This document shows positions 19,269-30,647 of a stretch of 64,000 nucleotides of DNA, piece by piece (positions within the stretch are counted from its first letter, which is position 1; every line of letters begins with the position of its first letter). A program made the position numbers and the translations under genes. The DNA is from an uncultured Thermoproteaceae archaeon. GTDB lineage: Archaea; Thermoproteota; Thermoprotei; Thermoproteales; Thermocladiaceae. The notes under the pieces are model-generated. The model saw only the letters and a program-made list of their open reading frames with translations. It ran no database searches and was not told the DNA's origin. Location: assembly GCA_964575955.1 (NCBI GenBank), contig CAZNTG010000003.1, forward strand, positions 1-64,000, given 5' to 3'.

Positions 19269-20474
19269 TCATCTTCTAGTAACAATCCTAATTACCATTC
19301 TATGTTGAAGTTTTGCATCCATACTCAACTTCCTACCTGTTCTAACATCTATAGCACATATTGCTTTTTCAGCTATCTCACTATGTATTTTCCTTGCTAA
19401 ATCTAGTATTGTTGAATCTTGAGGCATTAGATATACGTCAGGTAGAACATTACCTTCAGTATCTGTCAACTTCTTATCATCAGCTACTGGAAATACAGCT
19501 ACCATCTTTAAGACATCAAATATTGCAGTATTTAAACACTGTACAACACCTGTACCATTCCACTTCTTCATGATATCTCTAATCTTTTCAAGAGCTTTCT
19601 TCTGTTCAGGTCTTAGTTTAGATTCATCAACAATTTCAAAATCAGAATCTCCAGGTATGTACTTCACTAACCCCTTCTGAGAAGCTTTCCTTAATGCAAG
19701 TTCAGCTTCTGCACATGTTGGAACTACTCTACAATTCTTTAACTCTCTCATCATTCTCTTGACATTATCCTCAGCCTCTGGTATATCTACCTTATTTGCA
19801 GATATTACTATAGGTTTTGTAAGTTCTCTAATAAGTTTTACAAATTGTTTTAAATCATCTTCAGACCAGTTTGATATATTTTTCTTATCTAGATTAAGCT
19901 CCTGTAGAGCTTTTACAATATGTTTTTCCTCAACTCCAAGACCACTCAATCTATCTAGAAGTACTGTTCTAACATCTTTTTTCGCATATTCAACCATTCT
20001 AACAATTCTATCCCAATCTTTTTTCAATATTTGAAACATCCACATAACAATTTCATTTTCTAGAAATTCAACATCTTCAATAGGATCTCTAGTGCCTGGT
20101 TTAACTGGTCTACCTTCTTCATCTGTTGCACCTGCAGCATCTACAACATGTATGAGTACTGATGCTCTTCTAACATGGTCTAGAAATTGATTACCTAGAC
20201 CTCTACCTTGCCATGCACCTGGTACAAGTCCTGCAATGTCTACAAGTTCTACAGGTATGAATCTGTTACCTTCAATACATATTGAATTTCTAGGATTATC
20301 TTTTACACCAAACTCTCTACATACACATGGAATTCTAACATATGCAATACCTACATTAGGCTCAATTGTCGTGAATGGGTATGGTGCAATCTTCACATCT
20401 ATCATAGTTGCAGCTGCGAAAAATGTTGATTTACCAACATTTGGCTTACCTACAAGACCAATCTGTACTGTCAC
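19269..20474 (-). CDS. ychF: Obg-family ATPase YchF
   Basis: GKPNVGKST, YPFTTIEPN, DIAGLVPGA, GLGNQFL, ANKVD, C-terminal TGS domain. Confidence 0.95.
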   Translation of the reverse strand: MTVQIGLVGKPNVGKSTFFAAATMIDVKIAPYPFTTIEPNVGIAYVRIPCVCREFGVKDNPRNSICIEGNRFIPVELVDIAGLVPGAWQGRGLGNQFLDHVRRASVLIHVVDAAGATDEEGRPVKPGTRDPIEDVEFLENEIVMWMFQILKKDWDRIVRMVEYAKKDVRTVLLDRLSGLGVEEKHIVKALQELNLDKKNISNWSEDDLKQFVKLIRELTKPIVISANKVDIPEAEDNVKRMMRELKNCRVVPTCAEAELALRKASQKGLVKYIPGDSDFEIVDESKLRPEQKKALEKIRDIMKKWNGTGVVQCLNTAIFDVLKMVAVFPVADDKKLTDTEGNVLPDVYLMPQDSTILDLARKIHSEIAEKAICAIDVRTGRKLSMDAKLQHRMVIRIVTRR

Positions 20475-20523
20475 ACCTATCGACAGTATAGGTTAAATAG
20501 CACATCTTATACATTACACCAAC

Positions 20524-21627
20524 GTGATAAGTATAGATGAGGCATTTCAACTACTCAAAAAGCTATCAGACGCATTTGGACCATCAGGTCATGAAGATGA
20601 GGTTAGACAGATAGTTATTGAAGAATTTGAAAAGTATTGTAATAAGGTTATAGTTGATAAGTGGGGAAACGTCTACGGTATTAAAAATGGAAAGACTGAT
20701 GAGAAGGTTATGATTGCAGCACATATGGATGAGATTGGACTAATGATTGATAAGATTGAGAAAAATGGATTTCTAAGATTTAGACCAATTGGAGGATGGA
20801 CAGAACAATCACTAATATCTCAAAGAGTATTAATAAAGAATGTAAGAGGTGAAAAGATACTTGGAGTTATAGGTGTTAGACCACCACACGCAACACCGCC
20901 AGGTGAGGAGAGAAAACTTCCAGAGATTAAGGACATGTATATTGATGTAGGTGTAAAATCTAGAGAAGAAGTTGAAGAACTTGGAATAAAGCCAGGATGT
21001 GTAGCTGTGATATATAGAGAACTTGAGAAGATTGGTAAAAAATGTGTAACAGGTAAAGCACTTGACAATAGAGCTGGCTTAGCATCACTAATACTCACAT
21101 TAAAGATGCTAGATAGAGTAGATATAGAACCTACACTATACGCAGTAGCTACAGTACAGGAAGAGATTGGTCTCAGAGGTGCTGGTATAGCAGCAGAGAA
21201 GGTATATCCAACATATGCAATTGCTGTAGATACAACACTAGCATTAGACGTTCCTGGAATTCCAGAAAGAGAACATACAATAAAGCTAGGTTCAGGACCT
21301 GCAATAAAGTATATGGATGGCGGTAGAATAGGAATGTTCATAGCACATAGAGTTGTTAGAGAATTCCTCATAAAAGTTGCAGAAGAAGAGAAAATACCAT
21401 ATCAACTAGAGATACTTCTAGGAGGAACAACAGATGCAACAGCAATAGCATTTAGAAGAGAAGGAATACCAGCAGGTGGTGTAGCAATACCTACAAGATA
21501 CATACACTCAGGAGTAGAAACACTAGATCTAGAAGATCTAATAAATACAGCAAAACTATTAGCAAAAGCTGTAGAGAAGACAAATATAGAACTCTTAGAA
21601 AGATTGAAAGATTTAACAATCAAGTGA
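20524..21627 (+). CDS. M42-family (TET-like) aminopeptidase
   Basis: AHMDEIG, KALDNRAG, QEEIGLRGA, GGTTDA, RYIHS. Confidence 0.93.
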   Translation: MISIDEAFQLLKKLSDAFGPSGHEDEVRQIVIEEFEKYCNKVIVDKWGNVYGIKNGKTDEKVMIAAHMDEIGLMIDKIEKNGFLRFRPIGGWTEQSLISQRVLIKNVRGEKILGVIGVRPPHATPPGEERKLPEIKDMYIDVGVKSREEVEELGIKPGCVAVIYRELEKIGKKCVTGKALDNRAGLASLILTLKMLDRVDIEPTLYAVATVQEEIGLRGAGIAAEKVYPTYAIAVDTTLALDVPGIPEREHTIKLGSGPAIKYMDGGRIGMFIAHRVVREFLIKVAEEEKIPYQLEILLGGTTDATAIAFRREGIPAGGVAIPTRYIHSGVETLDLEDLINTAKLLAKAVEKTNIELLERLKDLTIK

Positions 21628-22366
21628 TTGAAAATATCCTTCTAACATTACCATACTCAGAGATAATGTAGTTACAATAATCTTCAAGACATGCAGGTAT
21701 AATTAACACATTTAGAGATGCATAACCTATAGGTAGACTCCTATCAACAACATCTTTAATAGTGAGATTTAGAACATCTTCAATAGCTTTAGAATCTACA
21801 CTATATCCAAGATCTCTTAAAGAATCTACAACACCCATAATCCAACCTTTCAAAATATCACTTCTCATACTAACTCTAATAATAGAATCATTTAGAAGTT
21901 TCTGTTTTTCACAAACTCTTAAAACTATAGCAAGTTTTTGAATATTCTTAATATCTACACTCCTCTCAAATTCTCTTAAAAACTGTACATACCTATCACA
22001 ATACATAGACTGTATTCTACTACAAATATCTGACTTATACCTATCTATCTGAAGAACATCTCTAATAACAGGATTTTCAACATCTTCAATCGAGCTTGAG
22101 TATAGTACTCTCCTAATATTTGATAATGATTGTTTTAATTCTAGAACATCTACATCTTTCATCCTTTCAGATACGTGTATTACTATTGGGTCTATGTTCA
22201 TAGAATATATAAATCCTACAATGAGTGGAAATAATTCTAACTTCTTATCAATCCACTTCTTAATCTCATCAACAATACTCTCTACTACAGACATTGACGA
22301 GGTATTTAGTGTAACATATTTAAACATGTTCTTAAGTGTTGTTGATGTTGTAGAGTGATTAATCAT
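21620..22366 (-). CDS. Hypothetical protein (true start probably downstream, near MSVVES)
   Basis: Long ORF filling the gap between convergent and divergent genes. Confidence 0.6.
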   Translation of the reverse strand: MINHSTTSTTLKNMFKYVTLNTSSMSVVESIVDEIKKWIDKKLELFPLIVGFIYSMNIDPIVIHVSERMKDVDVLELKQSLSNIRRVLYSSSIEDVENPVIRDVLQIDRYKSDICSRIQSMYCDRYVQFLREFERSVDIKNIQKLAIVLRVCEKQKLLNDSIIRVSMRSDILKGWIMGVVDSLRDLGYSVDSKAIEDVLNLTIKDVVDRSLPIGYASLNVLIIPACLEDYCNYIISEYGNVRRIFSIT

Positions 22367-23056
22367 ATAGCATTTATACCTGATGGAAATAGAAGATGGG
22401 CTAGGAGTAGAGGTGTATCAATATTTGAGGCATATGAAGTTGGTGTATCTAAAATACATGAGATTGTTGATTACATATCATCTACAGGAGTTGCCAAGTA
22501 TGTAACATTCTACATATTATCGCTAGAAAATGTTTTAAATAGAAGTAGAGAAGAGCTTGAACTAATATACACTCTACTTATAAGAGAGTTGAGAAAAATT
22601 AGAAATGATGAGAAGACATATAGGAAAGGTATTAGAGTTAGAGTTATAGGTATTAGAGATATACTTCCTAAAGATGTTGTTAGAGAAATTGAGGAGACAG
22701 AAAAATCAACTTCACTAAATACTAGATGTATTGTGAATCTAGCAGTTGCATATAGTGGATTTCTAGAAATTGCACATATGCTAGTTAGAAAGATTAGAGA
22801 GCTAGGTATAGAGTATGTAATATCTAAAATAGTGAATAAGAATGTTGATTATAGAGAATATATGTATATGAGTGATACTCCAAAACCTGACATAGTTATA
22901 CGTACTGGAGGTGAAGAGAGAGTTAGTAATTTCCTACTACCATACATCTCAGGTTCTAGACTAGTATTTCTCAAGAAGTATTGGCCTGAAATCACAATAC
23001 AGGACATTGAAAATATATTGAGAAGTCTAGACCAATGTAAACCTTATACTACTTAA
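22355..23056 (+). CDS. uppS: cis-prenyltransferase (undecaprenyl/dolichyl diphosphate synthase)
   Basis: HIAFIPDGNRRWA, LSLEN..R, PDIVIRTGGEERVSNFL. Confidence 0.93.
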   Translation: MINHIAFIPDGNRRWARSRGVSIFEAYEVGVSKIHEIVDYISSTGVAKYVTFYILSLENVLNRSREELELIYTLLIRELRKIRNDEKTYRKGIRVRVIGIRDILPKDVVREIEETEKSTSLNTRCIVNLAVAYSGFLEIAHMLVRKIRELGIEYVISKIVNKNVDYREYMYMSDTPKPDIVIRTGGEERVSNFLLPYISGSRLVFLKKYWPEITIQDIENILRSLDQCKPYTT

Positions 23057-23086
23057 ATTTCACACACTATCCATAAGTATAACAGT

Positions 23087-23632
23087 ATGAAGATACTAGT
23101 AGTATCAGACACACATGGAGAGTTAGATAATGTGAATAAGATTGTTGAAAAATTTAAAGGTAGAGATATAGACATCGTAATACATCTTGGAGATGATTCT
23201 CCAGACGCTGAACCATTGAAAAATCTTGGAAAACCACTATACGTAGTACCAGGAGTATACGAGCCACATTACAAGAATCCCGACACTGTTAGAAGAATGG
23301 TAATAAATGTTGAAGGATTGAAAATACTGCTATCACATACAGAAACAAAACATCAAAATGATCCTCCAGAAGAGGAAGATCCATTAGAGAAGTTGAAAAA
23401 TACAGACATAAATATGCTATTTCACGGACATACACACATACCTAAAGTAGTTATTGATGGTAGAAAGATAATACTAAATCCAGGACATTTAAAGAAGAGT
23501 GATAAAAAGGGATATCCACCAACATATGCAATAGTTGATATTGATAAATCAAAAATTAGAATAACAATACACAAATTAGAAGACGATACACCAATACTAA
23601 ATGTTGAGATATCAAGAACATTAATAGGCTAG
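23087..23632 (+). CDS. YfcE/MJ0936-family metallophosphoesterase
   Basis: SDTHG, HLGD, HGHTH, NPG. Confidence 0.9.
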   Translation: MKILVVSDTHGELDNVNKIVEKFKGRDIDIVIHLGDDSPDAEPLKNLGKPLYVVPGVYEPHYKNPDTVRRMVINVEGLKILLSHTETKHQNDPPEEEDPLEKLKNTDINMLFHGHTHIPKVVIDGRKIILNPGHLKKSDKKGYPPTYAIVDIDKSKIRITIHKLEDDTPILNVEISRTLIG

Positions 23633-23640
23633 GAGAAGAG

Positions 23641-24771
23641 ATGTATACAATACTTAGGAATATACTAATTGAAAATCCAAAACTGATATCAGCACTGGCA
23701 GCGTGGCTTGCAGGATATACGAGATATGACATTGTGAAGATATTTAACATAGATCTAGAATTATTGAGAAAATACAACATAATAATTGATGAATTTGGAG
23801 AGTATGTATCAATAATAGATAAGAAGTTTAGAAGATATGAGAAAGAGTCTATTGAAAATATAGTAAGACTATCAAATATAGATCCAATAGAGATGTTGAT
23901 AACATTGTTAAGAGATATAAATTTTGAAGAAGCAAAAATTCTAGCATATACATCAGACTTCATTAAGAGATATGGAAAGTTTAGTCTCTACGGTATTAGT
24001 GACTATATTAGATGTGTTGAAAAACCTGAAAATGTAAATATTGAATTTAAAGTCCTAATAACATTGCAGAAATATCTAATATACATGTGTGATAGAGCTC
24101 ATAGATGTGAAGAATATTCTTGGACTAATAAATACCTTGAAATACTACATAAAATCTTATTGAAAATATTTAAATTACCAAATGATGATGATATATTAAA
24201 ACAACTTAGCAAGTTTATTGATGAGAATGTGTCTAATTTAGAAGTTTTAGCAGCTATGTACAGCATGTGTACAGGAACTATAGATCAATTTCAACTATTT
24301 CATAAATGTAGAGTTCAAGATGTTTTAAAAGATATTAGAGAGATAGACTATGTATATTATAATGGTTTTGTAAATCCACTATCGCTAGATTTGATAGTTA
24401 AAATTATAATTGATAAAGTCATATCTAGAATAGTTGAGAAGATTGAGAATGTTTTTAAATGTAGAGCTGTACTACTTAATAATGATTTAAACTATATAGA
24501 TTACAAGGTTTGCGATGTTGTTATTAGATTTCCAAAAATGTATTATCTATCTCCAATATTTTGGGCTAAGCCTAATGCTATAAATGTTCTATATCATATA
24601 CCTAGAGATGTTCGTTCGTACGTTACAACGTATAGACCATATTTTGAGGGTGGTTTTCTAATAATTTCTCAAGGTTATAATATTTTGAAGATTTTTGCAT
24701 TTCAAAATCATGATAAGACTATTAGAACATTGCTAAATAACTTGTCCGATATTGTTGATGTAGAATGGTGA
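23641..24771 (+). CDS. Hypothetical protein
   Basis: 376-aa ORF in operon, overlaps the kae1 start. Confidence 0.7.
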   Translation: MYTILRNILIENPKLISALAAWLAGYTRYDIVKIFNIDLELLRKYNIIIDEFGEYVSIIDKKFRRYEKESIENIVRLSNIDPIEMLITLLRDINFEEAKILAYTSDFIKRYGKFSLYGISDYIRCVEKPENVNIEFKVLITLQKYLIYMCDRAHRCEEYSWTNKYLEILHKILLKIFKLPNDDDILKQLSKFIDENVSNLEVLAAMYSMCTGTIDQFQLFHKCRVQDVLKDIREIDYVYYNGFVNPLSLDLIVKIIIDKVISRIVEKIENVFKCRAVLLNNDLNYIDYKVCDVVIRFPKMYYLSPIFWAKPNAINVLYHIPRDVRSYVTTYRPYFEGGFLIISQGYNILKIFAFQNHDKTIRTLLNNLSDIVDVEW

Positions 24772-25838
24772 TTGTACTAGGTATAGAATCTACAGCACAC
24801 ACATTTGGTGTTGGTATTGCAACTGATGAAGGTGATATACTTGCAAATGTAAATGACATATACACACCGCCACCAGGTACAGGAATGCATCCTAGAGATG
24901 TAGCTGAACATCATGTAAAAGTTGCACATCAAGTACTTAAGAAAGCTCTTGAGAAGGCTAACATAACTATAGATAAGGTAGATGCAATAGCATTCTCTCA
25001 AGGTCCTGGTCTTGGACCTGTACTTAGAGTTGGTGCTACAATAGCTAGAGCATTAGCTGTTAAATATAGAAAACCTCTAGTACCTGTTCATCACGGTATT
25101 GCACATATAGAAATTGCAAAACTAGTAACAGGATTTAGAGATCCACTAGTAGTATTGATATCTGGTGGTCACACAATGATACTTGCATATAGTGAAGGTA
25201 GGTATAGAGTATTTGGAGAAACATTAGACATATCTATAGGAAATTGTCTTGACATATTTGCAAGGAGGTTAGGCTTCTCACTGCCAGGAGTTCCAAAAGT
25301 TGAAGAACTTGCAAAGAGAGGTAGGAGATTTGTAGAACTACCATACACTGTCATAGGTCAAGACTTATCATTCTCAGGACTTTTATCAAGAGCATTACAG
25401 CTTGTAGATGAGATTGAGAAAGGCAATATTAGAGATATATCAATTGAAGATGTAGCTCTAAGCATAGTAGAGACAGCATACTACATGCTTGCAGAAGTAA
25501 CTGAGAGAGCTATAGCAGCAACAGGAAAGAAACAACTACTAGTTACAGGTGGTGTTGCTAGAAGTTTAAGACTTCAAGAAATATATAGAGAAATTGCAAA
25601 AGAGTACAAAATTGAAGTTGGATTTGTAACAAATGAATATGCTGGAGATAATGGAGCAATGATAGCATACACAGGAGCACTAGCATACATATGCGGGATA
25701 GAAATACCAGTAGAAGAGAGTGTAGTTAAACAAAGATGGAGAATAGATACTGTAGATGTACCATGGGTAGAGAAGATAATTAGAGGTGAAATTAAATTTA
25801 AAACTCTCAAAGAAAAATACTACATGAGTGGTTCGTAA
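24765..25838 (+). CDS. kae1: KEOPS t6A tRNA threonylcarbamoyltransferase Kae1
   Basis: LGIESTAHT, GPGLGP, HHGIAHIE, SGGHT, GETLD, DNGAMIA. Confidence 0.97.
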   Translation: MVIVLGIESTAHTFGVGIATDEGDILANVNDIYTPPPGTGMHPRDVAEHHVKVAHQVLKKALEKANITIDKVDAIAFSQGPGLGPVLRVGATIARALAVKYRKPLVPVHHGIAHIEIAKLVTGFRDPLVVLISGGHTMILAYSEGRYRVFGETLDISIGNCLDIFARRLGFSLPGVPKVEELAKRGRRFVELPYTVIGQDLSFSGLLSRALQLVDEIEKGNIRDISIEDVALSIVETAYYMLAEVTERAIAATGKKQLLVTGGVARSLRLQEIYREIAKEYKIEVGFVTNEYAGDNGAMIAYTGALAYICGIEIPVEESVVKQRWRIDTVDVPWVEKIIRGEIKFKTLKEKYYMSGS

Positions 25839-26454
25839 AACAATTTACTACATAGGACGTAGAAAGATATATGACTTAATAAGAAGTCTACTATTTGAAG
25901 ATGTCATATCTATAAAATTCTTAGAAACACTAGACGATAAATATATTGAAAATCTACTCGTAGACAATGTATTTAGTAGATATGTACCTAGCAGATATGT
26001 TATAGATTCTGAAACAGATATAGTATACATAATTAACAAGCTTGTAAAAATTATATCAGAATTATTAGAATGTAATGATGTTGTTATTGGTATAGATCCT
26101 GGAGATGAAGTTTCAGGTGTTGCAATACTTCACTGTAACTATCCTACAATACATACAAAATTGACAACTTTAAAAATTGTAAAACTTATACAACTACTCT
26201 CAAATATTGATAATATAAATCTTAGAGTATGTATTGGCGTTAAGTCAAGTAGAAAGTTTAAAGATATTAAGAATATTGAGACAATTCTATCTCTTGGAAA
26301 AGACGTACCTATATACATTGTTGATGAGGAATATACAAAGTATAGGAGGAGTATATATAATAGAAGAAGGAGAGGTTGTAAGATATCGAGCGATGAGCTA
26401 GATGCTGTAGTATATGCATTATCTATAGATGATGGTATTAGAGTTACCCTGTAA
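25828..26454 (+). CDS. Hypothetical protein with YqgF/RuvC-like RNase H fold
   Basis: VIGIDPG..SGVA, IVDE..T, DELDAVVYA acidic motifs. Confidence 0.6.
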   Translation: MVRKTIYYIGRRKIYDLIRSLLFEDVISIKFLETLDDKYIENLLVDNVFSRYVPSRYVIDSETDIVYIINKLVKIISELLECNDVVIGIDPGDEVSGVAILHCNYPTIHTKLTTLKIVKLIQLLSNIDNINLRVCIGVKSSRKFKDIKNIETILSLGKDVPIYIVDEEYTKYRRSIYNRRRRGCKISSDELDAVVYALSIDDGIRVTL

Positions 26455-26491
26455 GTAGCATCTTTAAAATGCTAAGAGAGGTATTATACAC

Positions 26492-26677
26492 ATGCCTATC
26501 TGTATTGAATGTGATTCTTGCGGCTTCATCCTGTATTATGGTAGGGAGTTGAAGAGTATTGATGATGTGTTGAGAAGATGGGATTATAGATGTCCATGCT
26601 GTTTAAGTAAACTTGAAAAAGTTAGTCAAAACTTCACTATAAGACCAATACATGAAATCAAACGTAGGAAAGAGTAG
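26492..26677 (+). CDS. Small zinc-ribbon protein
   Basis: CDSCGFILY...CPCC; own TATA box and GAGGT upstream. Confidence 0.75.
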   Translation: MPICIECDSCGFILYYGRELKSIDDVLRRWDYRCPCCLSKLEKVSQNFTIRPIHEIKRRKE

Positions 26678-28976
26678 TTCTGAATATTGGATAGATATAG
26701 ACAAGATATTAAAAATATTGACAATAATACTCATACCAGTAACATTATACACATTCACAGTATTGGCAATATATGTAAGACTACTACAAGCACTATACTT
26801 CGGATGGCATTTAGCAGCTTACGACCCATTCATAAGGTACTACCTTGCAAAATTTTTAGTAGATGTTGGTGTTGGTAATGGACTTCTATGGTGGATTACT
26901 GGTGGTTTAGCAAAGTATATTCCAACAACAGCATTGTACAGCTATAGTATTAAGATAGTTCATGGATATACAATATTTACAAAATTCTGGCATCCATGGG
27001 GTATTGATTGGGCTAAGATATTAAGTCCAGGAGTATCGCTCATAGGCGCGTTAGCCTACGTTCTTATAGGTAAGAAGATTGGATTAACACTTCTACAGAC
27101 AGTAGTTGTAGTTCCAAGCATAATTAATGCACTTGCAGTACTATCAGTAGCATATCTAGTATGGAGAATATGTCCACCAGAGATTAGGAAGTGGTGTGCT
27201 CTCTTAGCAGCAGCATGGGTAAGTATAACAACACTATACACAATTAGAAGCTATGCAGGATGGTTTGATGATGTAGCATTTTACCAATTCTTCGCACCTC
27301 TAGGAATAGCACTCTTCTTAGAATCATACATAAGGAGAGGATGGCAGAGAATACTCTTCCTAATACTATCAGCAATAGTTAACGGCTTCACAGTATGGTT
27401 ATGGGGTGGATATTTCTACCTATTCAACATATATGGATTAACAGCAATATTTGCAGCACTATACTCACTATATGTAAATCCTGAGAAGATAGAGCCAGGT
27501 AGACTATTTACAACATACTTAGCAGCATATGTTGGATTTACAACATTTACACTACTAACACCTAGATATGGAACTGCAGTAGTCTTTGGAGGTAAAGGAT
27601 TTATACCACTTATAGCACTTGGCTTTACACTATTCGTATTTATAGTATATAAATCCTTCTCAAAATATATAACATCTATAAGAAGAGTATTCAAATACAT
27701 ATTTGCGATAAGTGTAGTAATACTAATTGCATGCTTCATACTTGCATCAATAGGATTAATAAAGCTAAAGTTGATAGCAGTATCAGGTAGATACCTCGCA
27801 ATACTTGCACCACCACTAAGAAAAGCACTTGTGAGTAGTGTAGCAGAACATCAATACGTTCCAGCTAACAGTATAATGCCAATGTTTAGTCTTGGTGTTG
27901 TACTAGCAGCTATATCGTTGATATTATTTATTGTAGAACCATCATTAACATCAATATTAATGATAATTGGAACAATATTTGGAATGTACTTTCTAGCATC
28001 TATGTACTATACAGCATTTTCAATATGTATGATAATAATACCAGCATCAATATACTCGATAGCGCTTGCATTAAAATTGAGACACTTAACGACAATATCA
28101 TTAACAATATTGTCAATAATTGCAATACTCTTAACAATATCTATAATATCGACAACAACAATACCACTTGCATTACCAACACTTGAACAAGGATCTTGGA
28201 TGCCTGCACTTGAATGGTTACAATTCAAAACACCTCCAAATGCAACAGTTGTGAGCTGGTGGGATTATGGATATCTCATATCTGTAGTTGCTAATAGGAC
28301 AAGTATTGCAGATAACTCAACAGTAAATGGTACACAGATTGCAACTATTGCAAAACTATTCTTAACAAACATTACAGATAGAACAGAGATAGATAAACTA
28401 TTGAGACTTCTAGGTAGGCCAAACTACATGCTCATATATCAACCATTTACAGTATACTCACTCACAAGTAATGGAATGCCAATATGTATTGGAATACCAC
28501 TGGTTGGCGGTGATTTTGATAAGAGTATATGGATGGCAAGAATTGCAGGTTATCCAGACAACTACACATTCACACACTTCATATGTAGATTTGTGGAAGT
28601 TAGAAAGATAATTGGACCATACATAACATATCAAATACAGCCAAACTACATGACAGTAAGTTTCGATGGTAGAACTATTAGAAGAGTAATGGCTGTACCA
28701 TGTTCAATAAACTACACAATATACTACGCAATGTTTAACCCATACATACCATCACTATCTTATCAATGTCCAACATTACCAATATTGACAAGATCATTAT
28801 GGATATTTGAACTGTCTAGACCAATAACAGGATATGCATATCTTGTAGGAAGTGTAGAGATAACATATGTTGGACATGTTGTTAAGATAGTACCACCACC
28901 ATCATGGTTACAGATTGCCTATGCACCTAGAGATGCAATATACATATACTCCATAAATTATAGAGGTCTAAGTTAG
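26652..28976 (+). CDS. aglB: Oligosaccharyltransferase AglB (STT3)
   Basis: Multiple TM helices, YDP, VAEH, WWDYG, DNST and DFDKSIWM motifs. Confidence 0.93.
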   Translation: MKSNVGKSSSEYWIDIDKILKILTIILIPVTLYTFTVLAIYVRLLQALYFGWHLAAYDPFIRYYLAKFLVDVGVGNGLLWWITGGLAKYIPTTALYSYSIKIVHGYTIFTKFWHPWGIDWAKILSPGVSLIGALAYVLIGKKIGLTLLQTVVVVPSIINALAVLSVAYLVWRICPPEIRKWCALLAAAWVSITTLYTIRSYAGWFDDVAFYQFFAPLGIALFLESYIRRGWQRILFLILSAIVNGFTVWLWGGYFYLFNIYGLTAIFAALYSLYVNPEKIEPGRLFTTYLAAYVGFTTFTLLTPRYGTAVVFGGKGFIPLIALGFTLFVFIVYKSFSKYITSIRRVFKYIFAISVVILIACFILASIGLIKLKLIAVSGRYLAILAPPLRKALVSSVAEHQYVPANSIMPMFSLGVVLAAISLILFIVEPSLTSILMIIGTIFGMYFLASMYYTAFSICMIIIPASIYSIALALKLRHLTTISLTILSIIAILLTISIISTTTIPLALPTLEQGSWMPALEWLQFKTPPNATVVSWWDYGYLISVVANRTSIADNSTVNGTQIATIAKLFLTNITDRTEIDKLLRLLGRPNYMLIYQPFTVYSLTSNGMPICIGIPLVGGDFDKSIWMARIAGYPDNYTFTHFICRFVEVRKIIGPYITYQIQPNYMTVSFDGRTIRRVMAVPCSINYTIYYAMFNPYIPSLSYQCPTLPILTRSLWIFELSRPITGYAYLVGSVEITYVGHVVKIVPPPSWLQIAYAPRDAIYIYSINYRGLS

Positions 28977-29236
28977 GAAGACTGTGATTGAGAAGTCTCA
29001 ACCTCAGCTTCTCTAGATTTAAATGCTTTTTCAATCAACCTATTTTTAACATCTTCAGGTAGTTGAAGTTTTCCTGACATTATCTTCATAAATAGTCTAT
29101 ACATGAAATATCTATCATCTGGAGAATATTTTGGTGGATGTGGATTTTCAACTTCACCACCACAATATGGACATCTCTCCTTATTTAATGTATATCTTCC
29201 ACACTTCTTACATCTTCTCAATATTGCCTGTATCAT
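28973..29236 (-). CDS. nop10: H/ACA RNP protein Nop10
   Basis: CKKCGRYTL..CPYCGG..PHPPKYSPDD.Y..YR. Confidence 0.93.
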   Translation of the reverse strand: MIQAILRRCKKCGRYTLNKERCPYCGGEVENPHPPKYSPDDRYFMYRLFMKIMSGKLQLPEDVKNRLIEKAFKSREAEVETSQSQSS

Positions 29237-30096
29237 TGTACTCTAGTAAAACTTGCTTCTCCACCTCTCTTCTTAGCTTCATCAATTATGAAGTTTGAAA
29301 TTTCTGTAAGTACTTGATCTAGCAATTTTGGATCTCTACCAGTAACATCAATTCTATATCTTGGAGGTCCTACAACATATATCTTATATTTAACACCTGG
29401 ATACTTCTCTTCAATAATCTTCTTAACACTAGTCAATATATCTCTAATATGTTCAACACCGTCTGGCTTTATGTTTATTATTCTTATAATTCCTGAAAAT
29501 GTTACTTCTGGAATCTCTATATGTTCTTTAGCTATCTCTTCAATAACTTTAAATACGTTATCTGGAATATCTTTCAATATCTTTCTAACTTCATCAACAT
29601 TACCCTTAGCTATCTGTTCAAAACCTTTCAACATGTCTCCATAAATATCTTCAAATCTATACCCAACCTTCACTAGTAGCTCCTGTAGTGGTATTCCAAC
29701 TCTCTGAGATACAAGTTCTAGAAGTTTTACAGCTCTTACAGTCCTCTTCCACTGTAGGAATTTTTCTCTCTTCTCTTCATCACGAACTTTTCTTAATGAT
29801 GCATCTACAAGCTTTCTCTTAGGATCAACTCTAATAACTCTAAAAACAGCTTTCTGACCTGGCTTTAGATAATCTTTAATACTGTGAAACCATGATTGTA
29901 CAATCTCGTTAATTGGTACATAAGCTTCAAGACCACCATACTCGTCAAGTAGTATATATGCTCCGTGCTCCATGATCTTCGATACAGTTCCAACAACAAG
30001 TTCTCCAACATCAGGAACATCCTTTCTAGCAATTTTTACAGGTAGTACCAGCTGGACACTCTCCTTCTCTTTATCTTTCTTCTTTTGACTAGTCAT
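29233..30096 (-). CDS. eif2a: Translation initiation factor aIF2 alpha
   Basis: S1 domain [26 protein letters not shown]; conserved context. Confidence 0.96.
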   Translation of the reverse strand: MTSQKKKDKEKESVQLVLPVKIARKDVPDVGELVVGTVSKIMEHGAYILLDEYGGLEAYVPINEIVQSWFHSIKDYLKPGQKAVFRVIRVDPKRKLVDASLRKVRDEEKREKFLQWKRTVRAVKLLELVSQRVGIPLQELLVKVGYRFEDIYGDMLKGFEQIAKGNVDEVRKILKDIPDNVFKVIEEIAKEHIEIPEVTFSGIIRIINIKPDGVEHIRDILTSVKKIIEEKYPGVKYKIYVVGPPRYRIDVTGRDPKLLDQVLTEISNFIIDEAKKRGGEASFTRVQ

Positions 30097-30292
30097 ACTC
30101 TTTAATTACTGTAGCAAGTATCTGAGCTTTTCCTCCAGTTGGAGTTGCAAGAACATTACCACATACTAGACATCTAACAACTATAGATGCATGTGAGAAT
30201 ATTATCTGCTCATTACCACAGTTTGGACATCTAACTCTTAGGAATTTTGATCTTGGTTTTGGTATTAGTACATCACGCCATCTCTGTGGCAT
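30089..30292 (-). CDS. rps27e: 30S ribosomal protein S27e
   Basis: [34 protein letters not shown]. Confidence 0.97.
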   Translation of the reverse strand: MPQRWRDVLIPKPRSKFLRVRCPNCGNEQIIFSHASIVVRCLVCGNVLATPTGGKAQILATVIKEYD

Positions 30293-30326
30293 AGCATGAG
30301 ACTAGAATTGTGAGTGTTTAAAAGAC

Positions 30327-30614
30327 CTACTTCTTAACCTCTACAAGTTCAAGTCTCTTTAACCTTCCAATACTCCTAACCTGAATATATCCACATACTC
30401 TACATTGCAATTTAACTGCAATCTTCTTAGTAACTTTAGCAAATCTCTTCTGTCTAGGCTTTCTACTAGAACCATATCCCTTACACTTCCTCTCATACCT
30501 TCTCTGACCTTCAGCAAGTGTTCTACGCTTACCATGGTGATATATTGATACTGAATGTTCAGTATGTGCATTACATCTAGGACAGTATGTCCTAATTACC
30601 TTTGGAAACTTCAT
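30327..30614 (-). CDS. rpl44e: 50S ribosomal protein L44e
   Basis: MKFPK..TYCPRC..HTEH, GYGS, KVTKK..CRVCG. Confidence 0.97.
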   Translation of the reverse strand: MKFPKVIRTYCPRCNAHTEHSVSIYHHGKRRTLAEGQRRYERKCKGYGSSRKPRQKRFAKVTKKIAVKLQCRVCGYIQVRSIGRLKRLELVEVKK

Positions 30615-30647
30615 CCAGCAAGGGTAGTAGTTTGAGGATTTATAAAT

